A stretch of 63,410 bases of DNA, counting the filler, from Folioceros fuciformis (taxonomy: Eukaryota): the NCBI GenBank assembly GCA_049999805.1. It is 11 parts of 11 records of this genome, joined end to end, with 100 filler letters (N's around TTAATTAATTAA, not from the genome) between each part and the next. Parts side by side here need not be neighbours in the genome. Positions count along the whole stretch, not along the records: positions 1 to 3,797 come from JBNGIO010002152.1; positions 3,898 to 12,301 come from JBNGIO010002153.1; 9 more parts are not named here. The stretch is one strand, 5' to 3'. The position numbers and the translations under genes are program-made. The notes below the pieces were generated by a model. That model saw only the letters and a list, made by a program, of their open reading frames with translations, made no database searches and was not told the DNA's origin. Below, piece after piece: positions 1 through 12,401 of this stretch; the first letter of the stretch is position 1, and every line of letters begins with the position of its first letter.

Positions 1-47
1 TGCCTCTTGCAGCACCTCCTACGCCGATCTTGCACCGCCTGCACCGG

Positions 48-352
48 GCTCTGATACCATGTCAATAGGATTGACTCCAATCTACGTGCAAGTGTAGGAG
101 AGGAGAGGAGAGAAGAGAGGGTGGTATTGGTGATCACAACCATGAAAACAATACACATCACCACTGTCTTACTATGGAGGTCCGAGGTCTCCATTTAAGT
201 AGTACATTTAGGGCTACACAACTTCCAGGTTCAATATGGGATAATCTACACTATCCTAAGTTCACTAATAACTAGAACTAGTCTAGTATGAACCCAACTG
301 GGATAACTAACACCACATGAGTTTAGCTCATATAGAGCTCGATAACTCAACA
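48..352 (-). mobile_element. 5' LTR (60-352) plus tRNA-Met primer-binding site (48-59) of an LTR retrotransposon on the minus strand
   Basis: 48-59 gctctgatacca is the reverse complement of the canonical PBS TGGTATCAGAGC. It directly abuts a ~293-bp segment that reads TGTTGAG...TTGACA on the minus strand (TG...CA termini). Confidence 0.75.
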
Positions 353-3300
353 GGCATAGTGGCATTATCACGATGTGACTATAACATATTTTTGTATTCG
401 TTACACAATTAATTTGCAACATACGTTGTTCAACAGCAAGTGCTTGCTCCCTTCACATTATGCACATGGTATCAAAGCTTGTAATGCTCCATCGATCCCT
501 CACGCCATAATGCCTGGACGAGGAGGCCCTCGTACAGGAAGGCATCATGGCAGGAGAAATAACTGTGGAATAGATTTCCATCAACCTACAATTTCTCCTG
601 CTGCCTTGGGCAGGATCCTGGACCTATACGAAGCCAACTACCTAGAGATTTGGCTCAGGAATTTTGTAGATGTACATTCACGTGGTAAGGCTGGTAGAGC
701 TAGAGCATCATGCAGACAGGAAAGGAATTCTAGAGTATATGCCCTTTACCGTGCACGCTGCCTAAGTGGAAACCAAAACCCTGATCTGTTCTACAATCCT
801 ACACCTAGGCAGATTCCCTCAAACACAACTCTCTCACAATCTTTTGGTAGAGCAGCTCCGCTGGTTCCCATAGCAGACAATCCCTTGTATGCACTGTCAA
901 CAAACAGCAGAGGGATCAAGATTGCTCATCATCAAACCAGATTCTTGGAGAGAGAATTGAGGAAAATCTGCAGAAGGTGTTGAAAAATCAACTTATCTTG
1001 AGGGATGGAGTAGCCCGCGCCCAGTCCACTCTTGCACGAAAGACCTGCAAAATCAACAATTCGGTTTCCAGGCTCACAGAATTGCTGCAAGAAATGGATC
1101 TTGGACAGGGCTTCTCATCAGAATCTTCTCCATCTAGGAGAGATTCCATCCTGTGACCAGACTTCCGCTAGTGAAGGGAGCAAGAGAAACGAACCAGCAG
1201 CAAAGGACAGTGGCGACCTTTCGTGGAGACATCAACAGGCATTAAGAAATTGTCGTCTCTTGCTAAGCTTGTGTCTTCTTGCTTTGGATTGGTCGAACTG
1301 ACCCTATTGTTTCAGATGAAAGGGATATGTTAGTTGGAAAACCCTAAAAAAAAAAAAAACACTTTTTTGAAATGTTGCATGAGTTTATGTCTAAACTTAT
1401 TGACCCGTATCAGGAAGGTTGATGAGGGAGGAAGCCTGTTAGAAGTCAGATAGTTTTATTTGCCCCCACCAGGCTGTCTCCCCCATCGAACCCCGTGAAC
1501 ACAAATCGTCAGTCCTAAGCATGCTCATGAACTCATAAATAGATGAAATAAATGACAGGCATTCTAACTTAGCTGTTCTTACACTCTACCCGTAGAAAAG
1601 GGGGTAACCTCAGCGAGGTTGTATGTCCAGATTTGAGGACGAGCAATATCCTTCCCCCTCAGAGGAGGAAGAAGAGCCTTCACCAGGGTCCTCATCCTCT
1701 TTAGAGGAGGACGAAGGTGAGGTGGACATAGTGTCCTATGTTGCTTCCCTGTTTTGGCAGCAAAGTCCACCAGTCACATAGGCTGTTAGAGCAATGGCAA
1801 CCCCATTTTTCACATCAGACCTTAAAGAAAAAGATAGGTTTAATGGGACTAAGTCTGGAGAGTGCGCATGAAAGCCATTCTGATTGCACGAGGCTGCTGG
1901 AGTGTTGTGGATGGTTCTTTTCCAGAACCAAATCCCACCACCGGCTTGCAAGTTGACAAGGAGAAGTGGGCCTCCGTCAACGAAGTTGCTGTTGCAGTCC
2001 TGATAAATGGACTGGCTGCAGACCTTGTCCCTGATGTGGAGTATTTGACTAAGGGCATTCAGATTTGGAATCAGCTTGAAAAGATGTATCAGGTCATAAA
2101 CATCATGACAAAATGCGTAGTGTGGCAAGAGTACTACGCTCTACGAATGAAGGAAGGGGACAAAGTTGGGGTGTTCACCAGTAAATTTCGTCACCTTCGA
2201 TCAAAACTTGCCTCTTTCAACATAAAAATTGAGGAGGAACATGCTATTGTCTGGTTGCTCAGTAGTCTGCCAGCCACCCTCCAGCAGTTTGTCAGTTCTT
2301 ACAATGGACCACTGAACGTATCTCAAGTTGCTGTAGCTGCCGGGACTGCGAGTACGTTGACAGTTGATGACATAGTTGCAGCCCTGCATCAGGAGGAACA
2401 GAGTAGGCTGTTTTCCGTTAGTGGGTCTAAGCCCAAGGCAGAAAAAGTCTTAGTTGCAAAATTCAAACCTAATAAACAGAAAGGCAAGGCTCACCCACCA
2501 AGTCATAGTGAGCCTGGGCAATCTTCTACCACAAAGAAAACAGGAAACTGTAAATGGTGTGGAATCCCTGGACATTGGGCTCGTGATTGCAGAAAGAAGA
2601 AGGCAGGAGAACCCCAGAAGAAGGCTTCCACCAACGTTGCTGTTAAGGTGAAAGGCTCGAGCGACCACTCGGCACCTCCAGATAGCAAAGGAACAGTCAG
2701 AATATATACTATTTTCCTCTCTAATTCAAAGCACGATAGGGATAGTTGGTACTTGGATTTAGGTGCGACTGCTCACATTTGCAAAGACAAGGATCTGTTC
2801 TCATACCTGGACACTTCTCATACTGTTGAGAAGGTGTTGCTTGGGGATGAGAAAAATGAGACAGGCCTCCGCATTGAAGGACAGGGTAAATGTACCTTCA
2901 CCCTACATGACAGAACTGACCTGGTTTTGGAAGATGTTTTGTATGTACCTAGGATGGCCAAGAACCTTGTGTCTTTGAGTCGATTGCTTCGCATGAGGGC
3001 ATATAGCATGTTTGCAGACAAGAGTTCCTGTTCCTTTTATACCACCACTGTCCCATACAGATTAGTGTTTAAAGGAATTCCTGACAGTGACCTGTATCGA
3101 CTAGATATCCATTGCAAGCCTGTACCAGTCACTTTGTCGACAACCCTAGGTCAGATGGATACAAAAGACTTAGCTTCCCTTTGGCACGCTAGGTTGGGTC
3201 ATGCCAATAGAGCTAAGCTCATCGATATGTCGGCCAAGGACTGCTACAGAGAGCCCTTACCCCAGTGCTTCAAGGACTTGCCTATCTGTAAGGCTTCCAT

Positions 3301-3652
3301 CCTGGCGAAGTAGAAGGAGCAGCCATTCCCCATGACATCTGCACACAGAGCCAGTCATGTCCTAGAGCTAATCCATGCGGATATCTCAGGGAAAATACAT
3401 GAGCCATCACTCGGAGGTTCTAGATATTACCTCTCCCTTATAGATGACTTCAGTTGGTACTCTTGGACTTTCCCCATGCAGCTTAAGAATGACACCTTTT
3501 AGCTATTTAAGGATTGGCTCCCTGTGGTGCAACGTCAAATAGGACAGCTAGTTAAATGGCTGCGGACTGACAATGGCACGGAATTTGTGAATGCCCAGTT
3601 TGATTCTTACCTATAGGAGCATGGAATTCAGCGCTAGTTGACAATGCCTTAC
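353..3652 (+). mobile_element. Ty1/copia LTR retrotransposon: LTR remnant, PBS, long leader, gag-protease-integrase; interrupted at both ends
   Basis: LTR end ...tgcaCA (466) followed by PBS tggtatcaaagc (467-478). Downstream gag-pol with copia domain order. Truncated at 3652 by another LTR. Confidence 0.9.
1794..3652 (+). pseudogene. Copia gag-pol polyprotein (decayed)
   Basis: ATG 1794 MATPFFTSDLKEKDRFNG, frameshift ~1851 into WRVRMKAILIARGCW. Zinc knuckle CKWCGIPGHWARDC, protease WYLDLGATAHIC, GAG-pre-integrase LWHARLGH, integrase LELIHADISG/IDDFS/LRTDNGTEF. Several in-frame TAG stops from 3311. Confidence 0.92.
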
Positions 3653-3797
3653 TGTGAACCTCCAAAGTTTGGGGTAGTAGTTTGTTTTGGTTGAAAAAGG
3701 GTTAATAGTGGTATGGTTTGGTTTTCTTTTTCAACTTATTTTCCCTAATTTTCCTTGATTTTCTGGTCATTTTTCCTATTTTTCTTTGTGCTAATTA
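3653..3797 (+). mobile_element. Start of a different LTR (TGTGAACC...) inserted into the copia integrase
   Basis: Integrase reading (..LTMPY) breaks at TGTGAACC. 3653-3797 matches the reverse complement of 17685-17829 with 2 mismatches in 145 nt. Confidence 0.88.
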
Positions 3798-3897
3798 NNN
3801 NNNNNNNNNNNNNNNNNNNNNNNNNNNNNNNNNNNNNNNNNTTAATTAATTAANNNNNNNNNNNNNNNNNNNNNNNNNNNNNNNNNNNNNNNNNNNN
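3798..3897. other. Artificial contig linker (44 N + TTAATTAATTAA + 44 N). Identical linkers at 12302-12401, 16834-16933, 22653-22752, 39188-39287, 47143-47242, 51701-51800, 55464-55563, 58238-58337 and 60476-60575
   Basis: Ten identical 100-bp spacers; the 12-mer puts stops in all six frames; genes are cut mid-CDS at these points. Confidence 0.97.
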
Positions 3898-5514
3898 GGG
3901 ACGAGGGGGTGCACGATGTGGATATGATGATGATCGTGCCTCCTTTGTTCTCCTTGAAGGATATGCCGGATGATGTTGTGCTGCGGCCCGTGGAGTTCAC
4001 CAGGTTGAGGACCGTGGCGCAACAGCCGTCTCGTGAGCCCTCTGTTTTGGTGCAGCAGGGTGTTTTCGCGGGGAAGGTCTTGGGGCTGGATTTCAAGAGC
4101 AAGGAGATCCCGCCGGAGATTAACTGGGAGGAGAGGCTGGAGAAGGGAAGTGACGAGCACTTCTGTCAGTCCACCTTGGACAGGCTTTTCAGGGAGAGAC
4201 CGATTTGGTCTAAGCCCCGTCTGCTGGAGAAGCTGGAGGAGGAGGTATTTCTAATTTTTCATTTGTCGGTGCTACGTGCTTTGTTGTGTGGTGTTTTAGT
4301 CTTGTTGTTTACCAGGAGACTTGGTTGTGGCTCCTTTGGCGTGCAGGGGGTAGTGCTCAATGGTTCTCAGGTCAAACGGCTGTTTCTCAGAACTGCTTAC
4401 TGCTTTGGGTACGGCCCTTACCGGATGACGTGGATCAGGAATGGTTATGATCCGAGGTCTGATCCTGAATCCCGCAAGTACCAAATCATGGACTACAGGG
4501 TACCCTTGATTGTGAGAAAACCGACCATTGACGAGTACGTTCGACGGGAAAAGAAGGAAAGCGAGCCTGCTTGGAAAGACATGTGTATGTTCAAGGTGGC
4601 CCCACGGAAGAAGTTTTCCTTCTTTCAGGTGGTTGCTGTCTTCCTTTTGTTTCGTTTGTTGAACCAGAAGTCTACTCTGGCTGTCGGTGTCGTGCTAATG
4701 AATCTTCTCGTCTGTGAAGCTCTGTGATCTTGAAGATGATTTCGTCCAGGCTGAAATAAAGAAGCCTGCGGAACGGGCTACATGCGGTGCATCCACGGGA
4801 TGGTTCAAAAGGGGAACTCTAGAGAAAATTAGGCTTCATGTAAGGCTGAGATTTCTCCGCCTTGTACCAGGGGATGTGGCGAGGGCAGTGGAGGCTGCTG
4901 AACTGAAGAGCTTGCAGCGAGCGAGATTTCAGCCTGCGGCCCCGGATGATGGCACCCTTCTGAGCACTGACCGCCTGCGAGTACCTCCAAGAAGAAGGGA
5001 TGTGGCAAGTCATTTGCCGAATGTTAGCTCTTTTCACCCCGATCTGACCTTGGTCGATCATCCTTTCTATGAAGATATGAGGGTAAAGACCGGTTTCCTT
5101 TCGTCTCAGGAGACTCGGGTTGGGTTGAATGAAGCATCAGCTTTGGGAGATTTAGCTTTAGAAGAAACCGAGGATAACGATGAGGAGGATGAGGATGAAC
5201 TGAATGACGAAGAAGAGGACGAAGCTGTCGATGAGGTGGATGACCACTTTGAAGAGGGGGAAGAGGAAGAGGAGGAGGAGGAAGAGGAGGAGGAGATGGA
5301 GGAAGAGGAGGAGGAGATGGAAGAGAAGGAACCGCTAGGGTCAAAACCTCTTTCTGGCTTTGGCGACTTGGGTTTGGAATCCATGTCTAACAGCTATCTG
5401 CAGTCCCTCTTAGAGGAGTTCTCAGAGAAGAAGGGTGATACGCAGCAGGGAACTGTGCATATAGAAGAGTATGCTATTTTCGATCAAGATGATGACATCG
5501 ATGACGATTACTGA
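3898..5514 (+). CDS. GTF3C5: Transcription factor IIIC subunit 5 (Tau95/Tfc1 family), 5'-truncated
   Basis: Motifs PPLFS, LFRERPIWSK, YCFGYGPYRMTWIRNGYDPRSDPESRKYQIMDYR, FQLCDLEDDFVQ..STGWF, and a long acidic C-terminal tail. GT-AG introns 4245-4346 and 4629-4719. Confidence 0.88.
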
Positions 5515-5705
5515 CGATTATTGACGTATCCTATTATGATTAAGCATGTGTATTATTTCAATCATTTTACCAGATTTGAGGGATTTGTGCCGTCTATATG
5601 CATTTTGTTAGAGGAACTGACGTCGCTAGTTGTTTCCATCCTGTACGTGTACAAGGTAGTCTGTACAAAAAGAGTTGTAGAAATTGGGATCCAGCGGGTG
5701 TATAT

Positions 5706-8548
5706 TCAGAGGTCGAAGCTGACGGAATGGTAGTTGAATGCAACTCTCCCAACATTGTTGTGCTGTCTGCATTCCGTAGCTACCGAGCTTTGCATTCCAA
5801 CCGGCCCACAGACCAAGACTCCAATGCCTGAGCCTGCCAAGCGCTTTGCAAGGCCTTCGAAAAGTTCTGCGTTCGTTGTCAAATGATCAACTTCTTCTTC
5901 CGTACATGAAAAGCAGGGAAGAAATTTAGCGCTGGGGAAATGTGGCATCGTACCTTCCAGGTTAGGTCTCGCCCCATAGTGAATGTCAGAAGGCTGGATC
6001 AGCCCTAAACAATTGTCGATGCGTTGTTCGCCTTTCACGTGCTGTTCGTCCTCCCTCCCTGCTGCCGGCGCCTCGTAGTCTTCACCACGACAGCTCGTCT
6101 GGCTCCATCCTAGCGAGTGATTCCAGAAGGCGATCGCCAAGCCTCCAAACAAGACGACACCAAGCACTATGCTGACCAATATGATCAATCCTCTCACCCA
6201 CCATGGAACTATGGAATAGGTGGCGTGGTCTACAGGAAGCACATAGTAAACGTTGGCAAGCCCGGCTACAACCAAGTAGCCAAAGACGGATGACAGGATG
6301 AGAACACCTGCCCAAAAATTGCTGCCAGCCGTAGCTAGACCTGACAGTGGTTTCTCCGCTCCGTTGGGATCCAGGAATGCGGAGACTGGGGTCTTGACTG
6401 GGACTTCCCCCGCTCGGGACTCAAGGTCAGGTCCTGCTTCCTGTGTAACGAAGACTTGGACATTTATGGTGACAAGGGATTCAAAAGAAGGACAGATGGA
6501 ATGAGGGGATACAAGATCAAGAACATGCAGCTCGTCAGACTTCTTGACAGCCCAAATAAGGGTCACATCAGTAGGAAGCTCCGCATCACCCTTCTGATAT
6601 CGGTGCAGAAGATCGCGGAGGATGGCGATGAAGGGTGACACTCCGATGCCACCAGCAACGAGTACAAGCGAATCATACCTTAAGACAGAACCACAGGAGA
6701 GTCAGTCAGTTGGCAGTATGATAGAGATGACGGAGAGATGTGCGGGCCAAAAGAAGTTCTTACTTCAAGTAGTAACTGGATTGGTGTCCGTAAGGTCCCT
6801 CCACCGAAGCTCGCAGCTTGAATGGGCAGTGGCTGGATCCGTCGGTGAGAGCGGGGTCTACACTCGCTGCGATGCTCTCTTTGAGCTTCTGAGTCCACGT
6901 TCCCAAAGGCTTGATCAGAAAGGATATGTGTTTGTCCCCGTCGTAAGGACTTGAAGATACACTGAACGGGTGCCATTGGAGCCAGGAGATGGAAGGTATT
7001 TGCAGAAAGATGAAGCTGAGAGAGTTGTAAGCTAGCTCTGCACAAAAGAGAGGACCGTAAGGATATCCTGGGCTTTGTTGTATGCATGGCAGATGCCTTC
7101 AGAATAATGCAAGCAGGTTGGTTCTTACTTGGAGGCTTTGCTAGCACCAATTCCATTGTCCCACAAGGCAGTATCTGAGCTGACAGCAAGCCCACATCTC
7201 CTCTTGACTGGCAGAACCTGAGGAACCGGTCCAGGGCAAACAAGAGGAGCGCACCCAGTGCAACTGCAAATATGGTGTCTCCCACATGCAGCGCCAGGAA
7301 GGTGACGAATACGACGTAGAGCTGGTGAGTGTAGAAAAACAGCTCGAAGTTGGACTGCCGAACCAGGCCGAGAGAAGTAGTCCACATGGCCAACCCAGCT
7401 ATGTACGCGATGATCCCCGGTAAGTTGGCGATGTCGAACTGTTTCCACTCAAGGACCTACAGGCATGTTAAACCCTGGATTAGTTGATGGCCAGGCAAGG
7501 TGGTACTAAAGCTTTGCGAGGAAATCATCCAACAGCCCACCCACCTGTTCAATAAGCTTGCCTTGCCAGATCCACAGAACCAGAAACGACAGTCCGTGGA
7601 AGGTGAATATCCCCATCATGAAGTGGCCGATCCACACATGATACTTGACGGCGTGCTCGAAGGGGATGTCCAGCAGGCGCAACAAGACAGAGCCACGAGC
7701 CACTGGGATAAAGAGGAAGCTCATGACCACCAGGCCGATGAATCCGGAACGAATTCCCACGTACTTCAATTTCCTCTGTGGCCTGTCACGAACAGGAGAT
7801 CACCACGTAAGACACTGATCCGTGAACAAGGAAGGACACGAGAGCGGGGATCTGCCACTCACACAGTCTCAAACGAATGAAGCTGCTCAGTCTCTGCCTT
7901 GTGGAAATCCGCGATCCAGTAGTTGGCCAGTGCCCAGGTGATGTAGCTCAGGAAGAGCGCAACAACGACAAGCTCCGCAGCAGACACCACACCAAGAGGG
8001 CCATCCACTATGACAGGATGAGCCCACAAACTCGGCACCGAAGCATCAGCCTTGCCCCCTCTGCATCACCAACATTTCCCTCATCTCAAACATTCCGTGC
8101 TGCCTAGCCTCACTTCTCTCTCTCAGAACCAAACACCGTTCCCGGAACCAACCTGGAGCTCGTCTTGGGCGAGACGGCGAGGTACAAAACCGCCAACGTT
8201 GCGATGAGCAGAAGAGGCACCGAGTAGAAAACAGCAACAGCCCCTGCAGTTTCAGATCAATCCTGTCAGCCAAAAAGCGTTGCTCCTTGCTTTCCCCCCT
8301 CCGAACGCATAGTAATCCTCACCAGCCTTCCCGTAGATTTGGGCCCCCCCTGCCACCAGCAAGTACTCCGTCAACATGTCTCTCCCGACCTTTGTGGGCA
8401 GTGTGAGCAGCGCCACGGCATAGAACGCCCCAATCGTCCACATCAAAGCCAGCAGCGCCCATTGCGCAAAGCTCCGCAGGGTACTCCCATCCGGCTCCAC
8501 CAATTTGGCGCTGCCGAGCAGAGTCCGGTGGTCTCCATTCTGGGCCAT
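5706..8548 (-). CDS. Ferric reduction oxidase (FRO6/7/8-like ferric-chelate reductase), multi-exon
   Basis: TM ferric-reductase segment ([46 protein letters not shown]), FAD/NAD-binding motifs ([21 protein letters not shown]), and C-terminus [17 protein letters not shown] pieces are separated by short introns. Confidence 0.92.
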
Positions 8549-11500
8549 TTCACTCCGAGCCAGAACAGCCCAACTCTACCAGGAAGGCGAGGTTGCCAGG
8601 CGGAGCATGGCCCGCTGCCAATGGGACTGAATTGGTGACCAAGCCGCAAGCCTGAGCGATGTCTTGGGGCAGCTCAGGTGCTGGGTGAAAGGAAAAAATT
8701 GTTGTCTCTGAATTCGGGACGGGCGATCTAGATATGCTTTGCAGGTTTGTGGTCCGAGTGGAGGTGGATGTGAACGGGATGCCGGCGGTGAGGTGGGTTG
8801 GGCTGGAAGCGACAACGCGGGGCACGGAGCTTGTGTCCAGATTCAGTCCAGCCCGTGGGACTCGGAAGCCTGGGTGTCGACTTAAAGGTGAGCTTGCTGC
8901 AGGCGTATTTCCTGCGCCTCCTTTGCCCGTTGCGGCACACGCCGGCAGGTGCTTTTGGCATGCTTCCCATGATTTGGACTCCGACGTGTTGGAGGGTCCG
9001 AACACTTGGATTGACAGGCTGTACAAGCAGAATTTTGGATTCTCAGTATTTGGAAACCGCAGGGATCGTACCGGTCCCGTCTTCATGCCTGTTGATACAT
9101 ACGGCCTGTATGCGTCTTCTCTGACAGTGGGTAAGGTGACGTCGTGAATCCTTCTCTGACAGTGGGTAGGGTGACATCGTCACTCGTCTTCTCTGCAGCA
9201 ACAGGACTTGGGCTGACCTGCAGGAGATGTAGTGAGAATAAGTCCTGATTCCTTAGCTACGTAACCACCCTAGGACAATGAAGGTGGAATGGGATGAAAA
9301 GCTGAAGTATGGGTGGAGGATGTTCCAAGGGCCAGGAACAGTGTGTGGAAGACGGGCCGTAAAGGATGAGCTGAAGATACATGCAGTCTATGCTGCAAAG
9401 CAATGTTGAAAAGCAGAGTTCTGGCAATAGAGCAGGCTCTGCCAGGGGCACTGGGCCGGACTGATGCAAATGAAGAAGACCAAGTCCGACATATTCAATA
9501 CATTCTCCGCACACACCAGCACAGTGCAGACGGCTACTTTTCCTAGTGCGTACGCTAGAACAGAAGACTGCCATAAGTTCAAACCTCAAGGTGCACCACA
9601 CCAATTTAAAGATCAAGCTTCGGGAAGATGAGGCTGTGCTCACAAAAACTCTCGAAAATGTCCCGCAAGCCTAGTATGTACATACCTGTGCACCGAGGAG
9701 GGCTGGGCTGTGGCATTGGCTTCGGCTTTGGCTTTGGTTGCCCCGACTGTGTACATTTGGAGGTATCCAGGACAGGACACTGCTCATCAAAAGCGGTTGC
9801 TTACACAGATTCACAGTTGTGCGCGAGTGATGTCAAATCCGCACATTCTGGAATGTCGAAAGTGCGTACGTCAACTGGGAGGCCCAAAACCCTACCGCCT
9901 TACAAGATTCAGATACTGGACTGGAGCACCGAAGTTCGTCCACACGTCTGCCATGCCCCATCACATCAGACATCCCTTGTTGCATCAACTGCTAGAATCG
10001 AAAGACGAGTGCACACGGATCTCAATGGTTCATCCCGCACGCTGTCCTGATCCACCCCAGCTTTCACCATGCAGCGTTGTGTACATTGTCCCATTACATT
10101 TATTCTAATTTGTGATTCATGCATACATTGTGCCTGCTGAGACGCACTCCATAACCACGTCGCGAGGCCTCCCCGGGCCCAGGATATCTTCCTCCAGAAC
10201 TGAACACTGCATGGAGGCACACAAGCTGTCTGTCCCTTCTGCAGACGCTGTGTGTCTTGACGTTGGTGGAGCCATGTGTTCAACCACTTCTGCGATTGTA
10301 CTTCACCGTGGTCGAATTTACTAGTGGTTTAGGGTCGCATGTACTTCCAGTCACAGTTGAATCTTGATCTGCAGGAAGAAGAAGATGACCATTTGCGTCC
10401 CATGCCATAACCATGTATCCAGAGGCATCTTTCAGCACCGACTAGGGTGTCGCCTCACCTGCGAACCCCGGGGTTCCGAGCGGAGACTGTGGATGAGAGT
10501 GTCCCTCTACAGCCTGCACAGCCACGCAGGGTTCGGTACCTGGTACACCCTCTTCTGTCCGTGACTGTAAGCCATCAGTCTTGTGCCGGTGCACCGGCTC
10601 AGGACCCGGAAACCGTACAGCAAGCAATTCAGAACACTTTGGACGTTGATCTGTAACAGCTGTACATCATCGTCGCCAAGAACGTCGGCAGAGAGCCTAT
10701 GACGCCGCTGAAGCTCCCCAGCAAGCTCCAAATGCCTACCCCGGCACAGAGCTCGCCGGACAGCGGAGCATGCTCTACACAGGACAAACCCTAGCCTTGA
10801 AGTAGGCATCTGGGGCAACTTTTCAACTTTTTCAGCAGGCCAGTCTTCCTTTCATCGTGTTCAACATCCAGATCCCAAGAATGCATTGCCACAAAGTTCA
10901 GACAGTGCATCTTTGCCATTTGTTCCACCCTACGAGTCACTGACGACTTCAATCAGCAGCCTCCCGGGAGGCGGACTCGTGTCCCACGCTTCAGGGCAGC
11001 ATGCATCCTGACCGAATGCAGGAACGCAGGCAGGCTGCCGAATGGCGTTGCCTTGCAGGGATGTGCTGAGAGAATCCGGCAAGAATTGGGCAATCAGTGC
11101 ACACACAGATAGGCAAGCAAGAGAAGAGGGTCCCAACCTGCAAGGACGAACCAGTTTATAAGGCCCAAGAAATATCAAGATATGGCGGCACAGTCCCACA
11201 GAGATAAGTCGTTTGTGTTGGAAAGACACGTGCTGGATAGTATGTGTGCCCATGGAAAAACGGCTGTATAATAGATGTCATGGTTTGGAGGACTGTCGGA
11301 CAGGATGCCGCCCTTTCAGCCTCCACCTCGCTTGCTCCAAAACAAGAACTTCGCTGGCCGGTCCTACAACGTGCAATGCTACATCATCAGGGGAAATTTG
11401 GCATGCTTTTACCCTTCCCTTCTCTACCCTCCTTCCAGTCTTCCATAGCAAGCTCCAGACTTACTTACCCTCCTCACCCTTGGTGTTTGCAGGATGGTCT

Positions 11501-12401
11501 TGTTTCTAACTCCAGAAGTCTTTCACAATGAAGTTCATTCCCGAAGCCCGAAGTCCAATGTGGGTTATCTCACATCAAAGTTCTAGAGCCGAGGCAATCA
11601 TCGTCCTCTTCTATGATGCAAACACCAACACCTTTCTTGAGCGAATTTGTTCACCTTTGCAAGAGTATCAACAGGAGCGAGCTTGCTGGAATAATGCATT
11701 GGGTGGATGTAATTGGTTCGCCTTCTTTGTCCAATCCAATCACCAAGCTTCATGATTCTTGTTTCTTACGCTAAGAGATATGTGTGTATGCAGTTCACCA
11801 TGCTAGGTATCTCTGTCTTACTTTTTTATTTATTATCTATTAAATAAATCGTAATTATGTATGATGTACCCTAAACCCCTGGACTCATGGGTTGATTTAA
11901 GCAGTAAAGAACAGTGCTGATGAGCCCGAGCGATTGGGGTGGATGGCAGATTCATCGGACGCGGATAAAGTATGTAAGTAGGTCGGTGTGTGGATCGCTG
12001 TGCAACCGTTGGTGGCATAAAAAATTGGCAGTAAAGACTATCCATATCATCAGTCGTGCAGTTTTAACCCGTGAAGAGGGGATGGCGTGTGAAACGAAAC
12101 GAAGAGAAGCGAAGCATGCAAGTTATCCTAACTTAACTCAGATTAACTTAATCCGACCGGCGGTCTACGCTCTCTCTCCTATGGACAGCACTTTGTGTGA
12201 GCGCTCGGATTCCTCTACCGGGTAGGCAAAGTCGCGAGCCTGACCAAAAAAGCAGGCAGCACAGGACTAGCATAGCACAGAGCGCTTCTGGTAAGTTGAG
12301 GNNNNNNNNNNNNNNNNNNNNNNNNNNNNNNNNNNNNNNNNNNNNTTAATTAATTAANNNNNNNNNNNNNNNNNNNNNNNNNNNNNNNNNNNNNNNNNNN
12401 N

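Noticed and set aside
8550-12301. Numerous 60-180-aa ORFs, including a GGLGCGIGFGFGFG motif at ~9700
   Set aside because: No coherent exon chain or domain; the Gly-rich motif is too short to assign. Treated as intergenic or upstream of FRO.
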